In this document: positions 53,008 through 64,000 of the stretch, piece by piece | Numbering within the stretch: the stretch's first letter is position 1 | How the letters are laid out: each line of letters starts with the position of its first letter | NCBI GenBank assembly: GCA_047967505.1 | Contig: CM106538.1 | Direction: 5' to 3' (one strand) | Origin: Dipteris shenzhenensis | Taxonomy: Eukaryota | DNA: 64,000 nt | Position numbers and translations under genes: made by a program | The notes under the pieces: generated by a model | Databases searched by the model: none | Seen by the model: only the letters and a program-made list of their open reading frames with translations | What the model was told of the DNA's origin: nothing

Positions 53008-56000
53008 GTTCACTTGCGGGTGGACATTGAGGGCGGGTGTTAGATATCAATGCTCCACTCTCGTGTAACTACGCGGGAAGTAGCTAACTCTACTTGTAAG
53101 CCCCACATATGAGGAGAAGGCATTTGAGTAGCTCGGTTATCCGGTAGGTCCCGGTTTGGACACCAGATGGGGGCCATGTGTGGCCTGATGGCTGGACGGC
53201 TTCAGATAGAGTTGGCACACCACCAACTAGGCTACATGCAAGTGCGGGAAGGCATCCCTTGACTGACCACACTGAGGGTAGATGGAGCATTTCCCAGGGC
53301 AGCCCACTCTTGGGTTGTGGGGCCCGTTTGGAGCCTCAAATGATCCCGGATGGCTCTAGGCCGAACAATAACCGTAGGTTAGTTGCTCTATTTTGCGCAC
53401 CGGTTCTATCGTATGGTCGGTGGCCTATTTCGGGAACCCCCAGTCGACCGTTTTGGGTGGATTGGGTCGGTCACCCAATTGAACCCAACCGACTACAACT
53501 GGTGGCTATATAAGAGCAAGCCTGTGAAGCCCATTTCATCACTGGCTACAACAATCCTGATTCCTTAGCATCCAGCCTCCATCCTCTACTGTTTGTGGCA
53601 CGCCATCGAAGCTTCTCTCACAGGAGCACACGGTTGGGAGGCAGCGCCATTTATTGTATCAGTACTATAGTAATCAAATTTTTGATTCTCCATACTATCT
53701 GGTTTTTTCTCTTGCATACGAGATCCTGTTATCTGTTGAGCACAGACGTTATATTATTTTCTTACAGGAATATGGGTTCCCTTATTCTGTATGTCAGGTT
53801 CTAGGTGATTCAATTGGTCTGAGTTTTGAGTTCACATGTGTTAGGTTCCAATTGTTGAGTTTCGAGTTCACATGTTTTACATTCCAATTTTGGAGTTCAT
53901 TTGCACTTGGTTTTGGGTTCAACTGATCTAGTTTTTGGGTTCATTTGTTCCATGCATTATTTCACTTATTCTACATGCACTTGTTCCAAAGACATATTAT
54001 GTGTTTTGGGTCCACTTTTTCTAGGTTCCAGCTTCACTTGTTTCAAAATCCAAGGTCAGGATTTCAATTGTCTGAGGTTCCAAATTTAGTTGTATTTGGG
54101 TTTTGATCGTAGTTATTCCAGATTTCGGGTTTAGTTGTTCTGCATTCCAAGTTTTGGTTCACTTGTTTTGAGCTCCAAGTTCACCGGTTTTAAAATCTAG
54201 TTTTGGATGTTGATTCCAAAATCATGGTTTTGGAATCCTAGTTTTGCATTCACTTTTTTTGGGATATAACTTGACTTGTTTTAGATTAACTTGTTCTAAA
54301 TTCAATTGTTTCAGATTAAGTCATTCTGAATTCACTTGTGTTAGGTGCTGAGTTCCAAGTGTATGGATTCTAGGTTTACTTTTCTAATATAATTAGGATT
54401 TATAGAATGAGAATTGAGAAGTTATGTTGTCACAAATGACAACCTCTTTGAGAACCTAGGCTTCATAACAGGACATGTTAGGAAGACACACACCAAAAAA
54501 AGAGAAAACCCAATACATCATTTTTAGGAGGACTATCCAAGGCAGAGGACCTTTAGACTCAATGAAAGCCAAAATTCAATACATCAATTTTTGGGGGACT
54601 ACCCAGGGCAGAGAACCCAAGTACATCAAGCCATAGAATAGATTTAAAAAAATCCTCTTTGTATAAGAGATGTCCTCAGCAAAGTTGTTGCACATGTGTG
54701 TGCACATTCTTCCTAATATATGAGTGAATTCCGGGAAGAATGCCCCCTAAGATATATCATCACATGACTCTCAACGTGTCGGACTAAGAGTCACCCAAAG
54801 TTGATGTAGTGGCCTCAAGTACCACTAGCAATTGGGAGTCAATCAATGTGTAGTACCTCAGGTGCCAATCAGAGAAGCAAGGTCGGAGAAATCACTTTTT
54901 GATGGAGAGTGGTCTACACCAAGCTCAAGGTAATGCACCAGTGTCAAAGTAGAAGAGAGTGATCACGGGTAAGGGCAGCTTCACATGAATATTGGACATC
55001 AGCTCAATAATTAGGAGCTAACTAACAAAGTGTAATGTCAGGCTGCTCAATCATGACCAGGTTGTTGAAGAGGAGTGAAGGATAAAATTCGGGCTACTAT
55101 AACATATGGTAGGAGCTTTTACTAGCAGAACTGAGGCAAAAATGTGGGCAGCTCAAACAGTGAACCACTTTTTCTTTCACCTCTACCCAGATGGTCCAGT
55201 ATGTGCCATGTGATAGTCCAGTTAACCATTGATATCCTCGATTGCAAATGGGTCTCCCATTAACCATGGGTTTCAATCTAGGTTTACAGTGTCTTGTGCT
55301 CAAATCTTGATTAGTGCCTTGATGAAGAAAGCATGAAAACTCTTAAAGAAGATAGTTATGTCTATTAGGCACTATCTTACTCCAAATACCAAGGCGTATG
55401 GCTCCACAATCATCTTTCCCACTTTTCTAATGCAAAGTCTCTTGCAACAAACTCGCATAAGCATCCTTTCCATATTCTCCTCGGATAACATTACATGTCT
55501 CTTTGATTCTGGAATTGATGCCATGATTCTTTGCCTCTGAGATAGAGCTGGGAAGGGTGAGTTGTGGCTGCTGAATGAACTCATCCACTCCTAATAAGAT
55601 GTCACTTTTATAGTTGAGTACATTAAAATCATCCACGTTTGAAGGGACAAAGCTTGGAACATTGGCATATTCTTGAAGTCCTTTGATATTGTATTAAACC
55701 TTATATTTATCATTGAAAACCACATGCCTCTTTCTAATCTTCAAATATCATTGCTTAGCACTTGTTCTTTCCATTATGCTTTCCATATTTCCATTTTGTT
55801 CCTAGTTAGCTTGGCATTCTCCTACTGCCATGTCTCTTCATAGGGTATCAGAGCCACCTCCAAGAGGTTGAGGAAGCTACCTTCCCTCCTCCTCATTGGA
55901 AGGTCCTCTCTTCCACTTGGAGGGCTAGCCTCTCCTACTCTCCTTCCTTGAGCACTCCCTCTTCTTCCTTTGCCTCTCCACCTTGATCTCCTCTCCTCCT

Positions 56001-57190
56001 ACCCACGCCTCACCACCGTCATTGGAGCTTCCCCAACATGGAGACTTGAAGCATGAAGAAAATGAAGACGTGGAGCTGCTATAGTTTGCTGCTGTACTTG
56101 CGTGAATGTGAAAAAAATGTGTAAGGGTGCGCTAGCGATGGCAATTCTTTAGTTACATCTTTTTTATGTGATACAACTCATAACTTATCATCATTTTTTG
56201 GGCAAAGCATGGGTGACTTATGCTTGAGAGATCTAGTAACACAAGGGACTTTAGAATTCTTCCCATATAGCAAATGCTACATTATATGTCAAAATTTGCC
56301 CAATTTAATAGGTGTAGACCCATTTTTTTCTCCTTCAATCTAGATAATATGATTTGCTATATACTCAATCTAGAAAATTGCAATATCATCTAGAAAAAAT
56401 GCATTCTATCTAGGAAAAAAGTTGATTCTATATAGTAATTAACAATATCTATAAAGGAAATAAGAAAGTCTATGTAGCTAATTCATTCTATCTAGTAAAA
56501 GAAACGAATTCGATATAGTAATTGTCAATGTCTATATAGGAAATACATAAAAGAAAAGGAATTCTATGTAGTAATTTTCAAAGTCTATTTAGGAAGTACA
56601 TCACTATCTAGTTAAAGAAGTCATAATTTTCTAGAAGATATATAGAAAATTCATTGTATCCAGAGTCTATACAGTAATTGACAATGTCTATAGGAAAGAC
56701 ATCGGTGTCTAGTAAAGAAGTTATAATCTTTTAGAAAATATAAACATCTATATTTAAAATTTATTCTATCTAGCAAAAGAATTGATATCAATATAGTAGT
56801 TGACAATGTGTATATAGGAAATACATTAGTATCTAGTAAAAAGGAGTCATTTTCTAGCAAATGTAAACATATATATAGCAAATTATGCTTTTCTATCTAG
56901 CAAGGACAATAGCTAAATAGGAAAGTAATTGTACCTGTAAAACATATATGAGTGACTATCTATATATTAATTAAAAAATAAAAGTTTATCTTGCGCTATT
57001 AAACAATTGTCAATTTCTATATACCAAGGGGTCAATTTATCTTTACAATATTTTGAACAAGTACCTCTTTTGTGCTATTAATTGATTAAGTAAGGTATAA
57101 TTTCCATTTAAAACATACATATTAATAAATAAAGAAAAGGATTGTCAAAAGTTTACCTTCTTCTACTAAACAATTGTCAATTTCTATATA

Positions 57191-57576
57191 GCTGGTCATT
57201 ATATTGGATAATGCGAGAAGCGCATAGCCAAAGAGAAGAAAAGGGATTCCGGTATGGCTGTGTCAGATGCATGAGTTCCACATTCCCATGATGGGGGAGA
57301 TGTTGCAGCCAACTTTGTTGAAGAGCACTATGCCTTTCTGTCTTGCACTTTAGATTTTTCAGTGGGTAGTTCAAATGTCACAACCACTAATGATGATGAC
57401 CCATATGCTTTCTTGACTTGCACTTATGATCCTTCAAAGGATGTATGCTCTCTTAGTGTCAATGAGACACTTCATACTTGGTATTTTGACAGTGGTGCTT
57501 CAAAGCACATCACTTCCAAGAAGAGTCTGTTTGTATCTCTGCATCCTCCGCCCACTAAAAAGAAGGTAACTTGTGC
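57191..57576 (+). mobile_element. Isolated copia gag/protease fragment
   Basis: 'TWYFDSGASKHIT...KKVTCA'; no LTR nearby. Confidence 0.75.
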
Positions 57577-58482
57577 AGGGTTCAATTTATCTTTACAATA
57601 TTTTGAGCAAGTACCTCTTTTGTACTAAGTAATGTATAATTGCCAATCTTTCAAAACCTTTAAAAAAGAATCGATTCGCATGTACATGCCATGTTTTGTA
57701 AATATAGTTGTACTTGCATCGGTTTCCATTGGTACTCCATCCAAACTTTCCATGTAATTTATACACCCCCTTGAATTGGGTCCAAAGTGCATGGGGGAAG
57801 GTGAGCTTTTAAATAATAAAATAAAGCATCAAACTCAATAAATTATTAATCAAACAATAAAATAATTTCTTACAAGAAAAAAAAATGTAAAAATTTTAAA
57901 AAAGTTTTTAGACCTTGGCCTGAGAATTAGTAAAAGCTCCAATAGTAGAAAGTATTAATTAATCACACCCCTAGTGGGTCCTATACATTATTGATATCTA
58001 GAGATCCGCTATCAATCATAAAGTATTCCCAAAAACCTAAATAATTGGGGGTATTATGTGAATGTTTAGGTAATGGTGATCCAAAGAATAAAGTAATAGA
58101 ACTTCTGAACTAGCTCCATAACTTTTTGGGGTTGAAATTAATTTCATATAATTGAGTGTATGACTATCATAGCTTATTAATTATTTCCTACAATCAAGGG
58201 TAGGAAAAAATACATAAATATTGACATAATTTATATTACTTACAAAGGAATATAACTTGGAAATCTTTTCTTACATAGGTAAACAAAGGGGTTGCTGAAA
58301 TAGATGGTTCTCGAAAGCTAATATATATAGATTAAGAAATCCATTAGGATTCTTGGCTCCATATTCATGTATATAACTTGGAATCCTTTTCTTACATAGA
58401 TAAATTGTGAAAGGGCCAAATTTCAATGCTTGGGAATGTCGATTTGGGCATCTTGTGCTTCACAAACATAATACTTCTCGGA

Positions 58483-59480
58483 GCATATGTGCATGTGTTA
58501 GAAGGCTATGATACTTTCCACAGACCTTAATGAGAGTAGGATCCTTGTGCCTGCAAATTTTTATGTGGATCGGATATCATTTTCATAGTTGGGCATGCCT
58601 ATTTCCACATTTCTTACCTTGCATCGTGCATGAGGGCTAAAAAAATGCATTGTTGCATTTGTAGCATATGTGGGTGTATGTGATGGGTATGATACTTTGT
58701 ACAAGCCTTAACGAGAGCAAGATACTTGTGCTTGAAAAGCTTGATGTGGAGCGGATATAATTTTCATGGTTGGGAACACATACTTTTGTGTGTGAGACCT
58801 AAAAATACGCATCCATGTGCTTCTAGCATATGTGTGTGTGTATCAAAAGGCTATGATACTTTGCATAGGATTTAGTGAGATTGAGATCCTTATGCCTATA
58901 GATTTTTATGTGTATTGGATATCATTTGCATGGTTAGAAACACATATTTTCACATTTTTTATCATGCATCGTGCAGGAATGCAAAAATAATGCACCAGTG
59001 AGCTTCTAGCAACTGTGCATGTGTCCGATGGATATGATACTTTGCAAAGTATTTAATGATAGTATGATCCTTATGGTTGCAAAGTTTTATGTGGATTGGA
59101 TAACATTTTCATGGTTGTAATGCATATTTCTACATTTCGTACATGAGTACTTCTAAATATATCCATCGGTGCGCTTTGTGCATGTATCCAATTGATATGA
59201 TAACATGTATCCGATGGATATGATACTTGTCATAGGACTTCAAGAGAGTAGGATACTTATCTATACAAATTATGATGTGGATTGGATGCCATTGGCATGC
59301 TTGGTAATGAATATTTCTACATTTCTTACCATGCATCAGGCATGAGTGCTAAAAATATGCATCGGTGCACTTTTAGCATATGTGCATGTGTCTAATTGTT
59401 ATGATACTTTGTGCAGGTCTGAATGAGAGTATCATCCTTGTTCTAAAAAACTTTGATGTGGATTAGATATCATTTGCACG
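58483..59480. repeat. Diverged ~180-bp tandem repeat, 5-6 copies
   Basis: GCATATGTGCATGTG...TATGATACTTT...ATGTGGAT...GATATCATTT recurs at ~58483, 58663, 58826, 59007, 59180 and 59375. Confidence 0.85.
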
Positions 59481-59635
59481 GTGGCACATCCGGCATCCGA
59501 TGGACTTGAGACTTTGGAAGGACATAAAAGACAATTAATTTAAGACTTGTGCAAATTTTGGTACCAATCCGATGGTTGTTCATATGGATGTCCTTTTTCG
59601 ATGTGTGTTTTTCCTTGACAAACATATGCCATAGG

Positions 59636-61204
59636 TCCATTGAAAAGAATGTCAGATGGGATTTGGTTGATGCACCCATTGGTAAAAATATTGGGGGCAC
59701 CAAATGGATCTATAAGGTCAAGTGTCATTCAGATGGTACTGTGGAAAAATATAAGGCCCGTCTTGTTGCCAAGGGGTATGCTCAAGAAGAGGGAATTGAC
59801 TATGAGGAGACTTTTGCTCCAGTAGCCAAAATGAATACCATCCGTTGTGTCATTTCTCTTGCTACAAATTATTGTTGGTTAGTCTATCAAATGGACGTTA
59901 AGACTACCTTTTTCAATGGAGATCTCAAAGAAGTTTTTAGGTAGCGACCCCAAGGATGTGGTAAAGGGACAAGAGCACAAGGTCTACAACCTTACAAAAG
60001 CTTTATATGGGCTCAAACAAGGACCTTGCATATGGTATCACAAGATACACAATTTTCTATTGTCCCAAGGCTTTGTCAATACACATGCAGAGCCTAATCT
60101 GTATGTTATGCAAGAAACTCAGATTTGGTCATTCTAGTGCTTTATGTGGATGAAATATTACTCACTAGAAGTAATACACAATAAATTACAACAGTGCAAT
60201 CCATTTTATGCCATACATTTGGCATGACAAATTTGGGTTTATTGCACTATTGCCTTGGCATTGAGTTTTGGCGAACCCAAGGGGGAATATTAATGTTATA
60301 GACAAAGTATGCTAAAGGTCTCTTGCAAAATTTCAAGATGGAAAATTGCAAACCTGTGGCTACTCCATTGGAAAAAGGATCCAAACTTACTAAGCATGAT
60401 CAAGCTAAAAAGTTTGATGGCAGACTTTATAGGCAATTGGTTGGTAGTCTCATTTATTTATGCTTCACTAGGCTAGACATTGCCTATGCTATAGGGGTGC
60501 TCAATCAGTTTATGCATTGTCCCACTGTCACACATTGGAATGCAACCAAAAGAGTTCTCACGTATGTTCATGGTACTCTTTCTTATGGTTTGCAATATTC
60601 TCCACATTGGGACATTTCTCTGAGTGGTTTCACAGACTCAGATTGTTTAGGGGACATTGATGATACAAAATCCACTTCTGGCTATTGCTTCTCATTGGGT
60701 TCAGCTTGCATATCTTGGCTCAGTAAGAAGCAAGACTGAGTCTCTCTTTCCTCTAGTGAAGCAGAGTATAAAGCAACAAATGCAGCCACTATGGAATGTA
60801 TGTGGTCAAGGAAGCTTTTGCATGACTTGCATCATGCACAAGATGGTGAGGCAACCTCTGTGTTGTAAAATGGCATTGTTTCTTTTCTACTCCCATAGGT
60901 TGCTATATCCACACATGGAAGAATCTGTGCAACCATGGTACTTTAAGTACCATAGAGACTTTTGAGACTATTCTAGAGTACTTTAGCCATATCATCGAGG
61001 GGGTACTTGTAGACACATACAATGGTATCTCAATGGTATGGTGGCATAGAATATACTAAGACTTAGTCTACTTTTCTAGTGTTGTACTTGGGTATTATAA
61101 ATACCAAGTACATGTACTTTCATTTCATCAGACATTCTATTGGAATTTCTGTGTGAACACATTCTTGCTCACTTGTGTTCACAACCATCTCCTTTGTTCC
61201 TTCA
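59636..61204 (+). mobile_element. 3' half of a Ty1/copia element (RT, partial RNase H, PPT, 3' LTR)
   Basis: '[11 protein letters not shown]...[11 protein letters not shown]', 'QMDVKTTF', 'LYVDE', 'GFTDSD'. PPT GAGGGGG at ~60997. LTR 61008-61204 is homologous to the reverse complement of 46282-46468. Confidence 0.92.
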
Positions 61205-62423
61205 TGGATGAGTAGAGTTTGAGCTAGGAGCTTACATAATAATGGGCCACTTGTGGTGGTAGAAATAGGAGGATGGAGCTCATAGAAAAATAGTATGACG
61301 TAGGGGAGGAGTAGAAAGTGGTAACAAGAGTGGGAAAGTAGGCTATGATTGTCATATAGCGCCTAAGCTTCAAATGGAGAATATTGGGAGGGTAAGATAA
61401 TGGGACACAAGGATGTAGTATATAGCCACTAGAGACTTATAAGGATGAGCAAGAAGTATAGTGAGAGATTGCAGGGCCAAGATGTATGTATAGTACCGAA
61501 AATTCTTATACAATGGGAATAGGGGCCCCTAGTTGGTGAAAAATACCATTAATTTGCCTAGGAGAAACTAAGAGGGGTGAAAAGGAAGGGCTCATAGCCT
61601 AAGGTACAAGAAAAATAATAAAGATGTTTCTAGATGCCTCCTGCCACCTTCGTTGTTGCTTCATAAGAGCTTGTCATCCAGCTCCTTCAGATTATCGCAC
61701 TACCTAACCCCCACTCCCTTGTGCATTTCTCCACTCTTTGCTCAGATCAGCCCCCTTTCCTCTTCGCTTAGGGCCCCCCTCGTCCCCCCCTTTCCTCCCT
61801 TTGCCCTGCCAATCATCTCACTGTGGCTTCACAGAAAAGAGAGGGGAGGCTGAAGTACTCGCTGTTGCAAGTAGTTCCCATTGGAATTGTAGATAGACAT
61901 CGTTGCACTAGCAAATGTAGTCGATGACTAGCAAAGGAAGGCGATGGCGAGTAGGGTAGATGTATTAGTAGGACAGCCAAGAATGTGAATACTAGGAATG
62001 CAAATCAGGGACCACAAGCATGAGATTTCCCTGCAGGTAATGGTTGCTGCAGATGGTTCATCATCGCAAGGAGTGCAGAATTGTCATGACAATGCTGTAT
62101 TTTCATCTACCAATGTTTGATTTGGTGAGACTCAAACTAAATGTCGTCAAATCAAAGAGCCCAAGAAGAGTCACACCTCTCATAAAAGACCTTAGGACCC
62201 AAAAGATGGAGAGATTCCATAGGGAGAAGGATCCTACTTTTCTTCGTTTATTTCTTGTATGTGTAGGCTTGCTTATTTCTTTGGCCATTGATACCAAAAT
62301 CAAAATCAAAGAAGTAAAACTAGAAGGTCCTCATAAGAAGGAGGTCCTCGAGGTTGGTCAAGGTTGGTGAACTGGAGAAAGGTCCTCATGAGGGTAAGGT
62401 CCTCATAGTGTGGGGAAGGTTAT

Positions 62424-64000
62424 TGTTAGCCCTCTCTACTCTGAAGACTAACTCGAAACGCACTACTGCGACAGATTTACATGCGTAATCGGACTTCAGA
62501 ACTGCGTATGAAAATTCATAGAGTAGAACAGTGATCGACAGAGCAACACCCCTCCCACACGGCTGTTCTCCAGTGTTACGGAAATTACCGGGACCGCTTC
62601 GTCAAAAACAGGAGGCTGTACTTCCGCTTCAGGCTTTGCAGATCCGTCGGACGACACTTCCATTGTTACCGCTTCCATCTCCGACTCCATCGCCCTGACT
62701 GGTTCCGTCAATTGTTTGATGAGAGAACTCCGGAAATTGGGTACCAATGCTAACAATTGCTCCATTGTCATGTGTATTTGCTGTTTCCGCAAATCCTGCC
62801 ATAAATCATATGGTTCAACACCCTCCTCGCCAGTCATCAGGCTGTCCTTCTGACTGGTAGGTAGACAAGTCGCTTCTGGCTGCTCTCCTTGCAGGCGCCT
62901 TGCCACCTTCGCACCATTCTCTGTCACCGAGACTGCCTTTTCCGTGCTCGGCCTAGGTAACACCGTTGGGGTTTTCTGGACCCATTCACCGACCGTCGAC
63001 CGCACCTTTTGTTGTGCCTGCCAGTCCAACGCCGTAGGTCTCCCCTTCTCTTGCGGGGCCTTGTATTCCCGCACCTTTTCCTGGGATCGTGTGACCACGA
63101 GCACATCTCCGATCGCACTTCCTCCCACTTTGCCTTCAACAGGGACACCCGCCGGTACTTCCGGTACTTCTTCGGACTTTGGACTAGGCTCCTTGCTATC
63201 CTGTTGCTGACTGGCATCATCGCATTCGATAATCAGAACCGCATTTACTGCTGGTGCGGACTTGCCTTCTCCGGATCCCCGGGTTGCTTCCCTTTCCGCC
63301 TTGTGGCGCTTAAATAATTCGCAATCTACCTTTCGATGTCCGGGTTGATTGCAATAAAAACATAGGAACGTCCGTTCCCCTGCTGGTTCATCTGCACCTG
63401 TTCCAGCCGTTCTCGGCCGCCAAGGTCTTTTCGCCGGTGCGGCTGGTACCGCGGCTGGTGCTGCGGCTGGTGCTGCGGCTGGTGCCGCAACTACCGCCGC
63501 CACCGCTGGTGTCGGGGCTATTCGTGCGTTATAGCGGCAGATCTCCGTGGTATGCGTCGCTGTTTGGCAAATCGCACACCACCGCTCATTCAAACCGCAT
63601 TCCTCTGCTAAGTGTCCTGCATTCCGGCACCGATTACACCAAGTATCCTTGCGAACTTTTGAAGAGGACCCTATTCCACTATCCCGGCTTTTGGCTCCAG
63701 CAGCAGATCCTTCCGGAAATAACTTCCCTGCCGCTTTTCCAGCCTTCCGCCTCATGGAACGTTTGTCCTCCTCCTCATCCGACTGATCCGACTCCTCCTC
63801 ATTATCGGTATCGGAGTCTCCCTCAGCCTCCTCATACTTCACTTTTCCTTTCCTTCCCTTGGAAGTAAACAGAACTTGTTCCGCCCTCACCGCTGCTTGG
63901 ACGACTTCTTCCAATGAAAGAGCTTCCAGATCCAACGATGCCAGGGACCTTTTCAATCCTTTATTCAGCCCCTCCATGAAGTAAGCATTTTGAATGGGGA
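62424..64000 (-). mobile_element. Ty3/gypsy element with an internal deletion; continues off the right edge
   Basis: The gag ORF joins directly to a ~120-bp segment ending ...GGGCTAACA at 62424, an LTR-like end. Confidence 0.7.
62496..64000 (-). CDS. gag: Ty3/gypsy Gag with three CCHC knuckles; 5' end outside the window; truncated at the protease
   Basis: Open for more than 490 aa. 'YFMEGL', 'CNRCRNAGHLAEEC', 'CAICQTATHTTEIC', 'CFYCNQPGHRKVDC'. 'ISVTLENSRVGGVLL' breaks off where the protease catalytic Asp is expected. Confidence 0.85.
   Translation of the reverse strand, partial: PIQNAYFMEGLNKGLKRSLASLDLEALSLEEVVQAAVRAEQVLFTSKGRKGKVKYEEAEGDSDTDNEEESDQSDEEEDKRSMRRKAGKAAGKLFPEGSAAGAKSRDSGIGSSSKVRKDTWCNRCRNAGHLAEECGLNERWCAICQTATHTTEICRYNARIAPTPAVAAVVAAPAAAPAAAPAAVPAAPAKRPWRPRTAGTGADEPAGERTFLCFYCNQPGHRKVDCELFKRHKAEREATRGSGEGKSAPAVNAVLIIECDDASQQQDSKEPSPKSEEVPEVPAGVPVEGKVGGSAIGDVLVVTRSQEKVREYKAPQEKGRPTALDWQAQQKVRSTVGEWVQKTPTVLPRPSTEKAVSVTENGAKVARRLQGEQPEATCLPTSQKDSLMTGEEGVEPYDLWQDLRKQQIHMTMEQLLALVPNFRSSLIKQLTEPVRAMESEMEAVTMEVSSDGSAKPEAEVQPPVFDEAVPVISVTLENSRVGGVLLCRSLFYSMNFHTQF

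Larger units (their letters stand above)
47532..53766 (+). mobile_element. Full-length, defective Ty1/copia LTR retrotransposon
   Basis: LTRs 47532-48260 and 53038-53766 (729 bp each, TG...CA). TSD GGAAT on both sides. PBS TGGTATCAGAGC at 48261-48272. Purine-rich tract before 53038. Confidence 0.97.

Noticed and set aside
54476-55860. Possible solo LTR (TGTTAGGAAG...CTTCCTAATA), copia remnant and imperfect PBS at ~55844
   Set aside because: No matching TSD or paired LTR; too decayed to call.
62044-62370. 108-aa ORF
   Set aside because: No recognisable motif or splice support.

Overview
Repeat-rich, gene-poor nuclear DNA of a large-genome land plant (tRNA-iMet-primed LTR elements, TTTAGGG motifs, GT-AG introns, many microsatellites; species not determinable from sequence). 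No intact host gene is evident. The window is a stack of nested and decayed transposons: an APE-type LINE, L1 fragments, several Ty1/copia elements (one full-length with LTRs and TSD, carrying a TRIM), a Ty3/gypsy gag running off the end, and a 10.1-kb TIR element with a 9-bp TSD (Mutator-like) filled with nested palindromic repeats. Main points: (1) an intronless, CENH3-like histone H3 gene (26813-27349, minus) between two decayed spliced genes, long hairpins and satellites, probably transposon cargo; (2) one copia element split into opposite-facing halves that share the TSD TGGAT, implying a ~27-kb inversion; (3) a palindromic satellite in which one unit has its centre inverted. All family assignments come from motif recognition by eye, not database searches.
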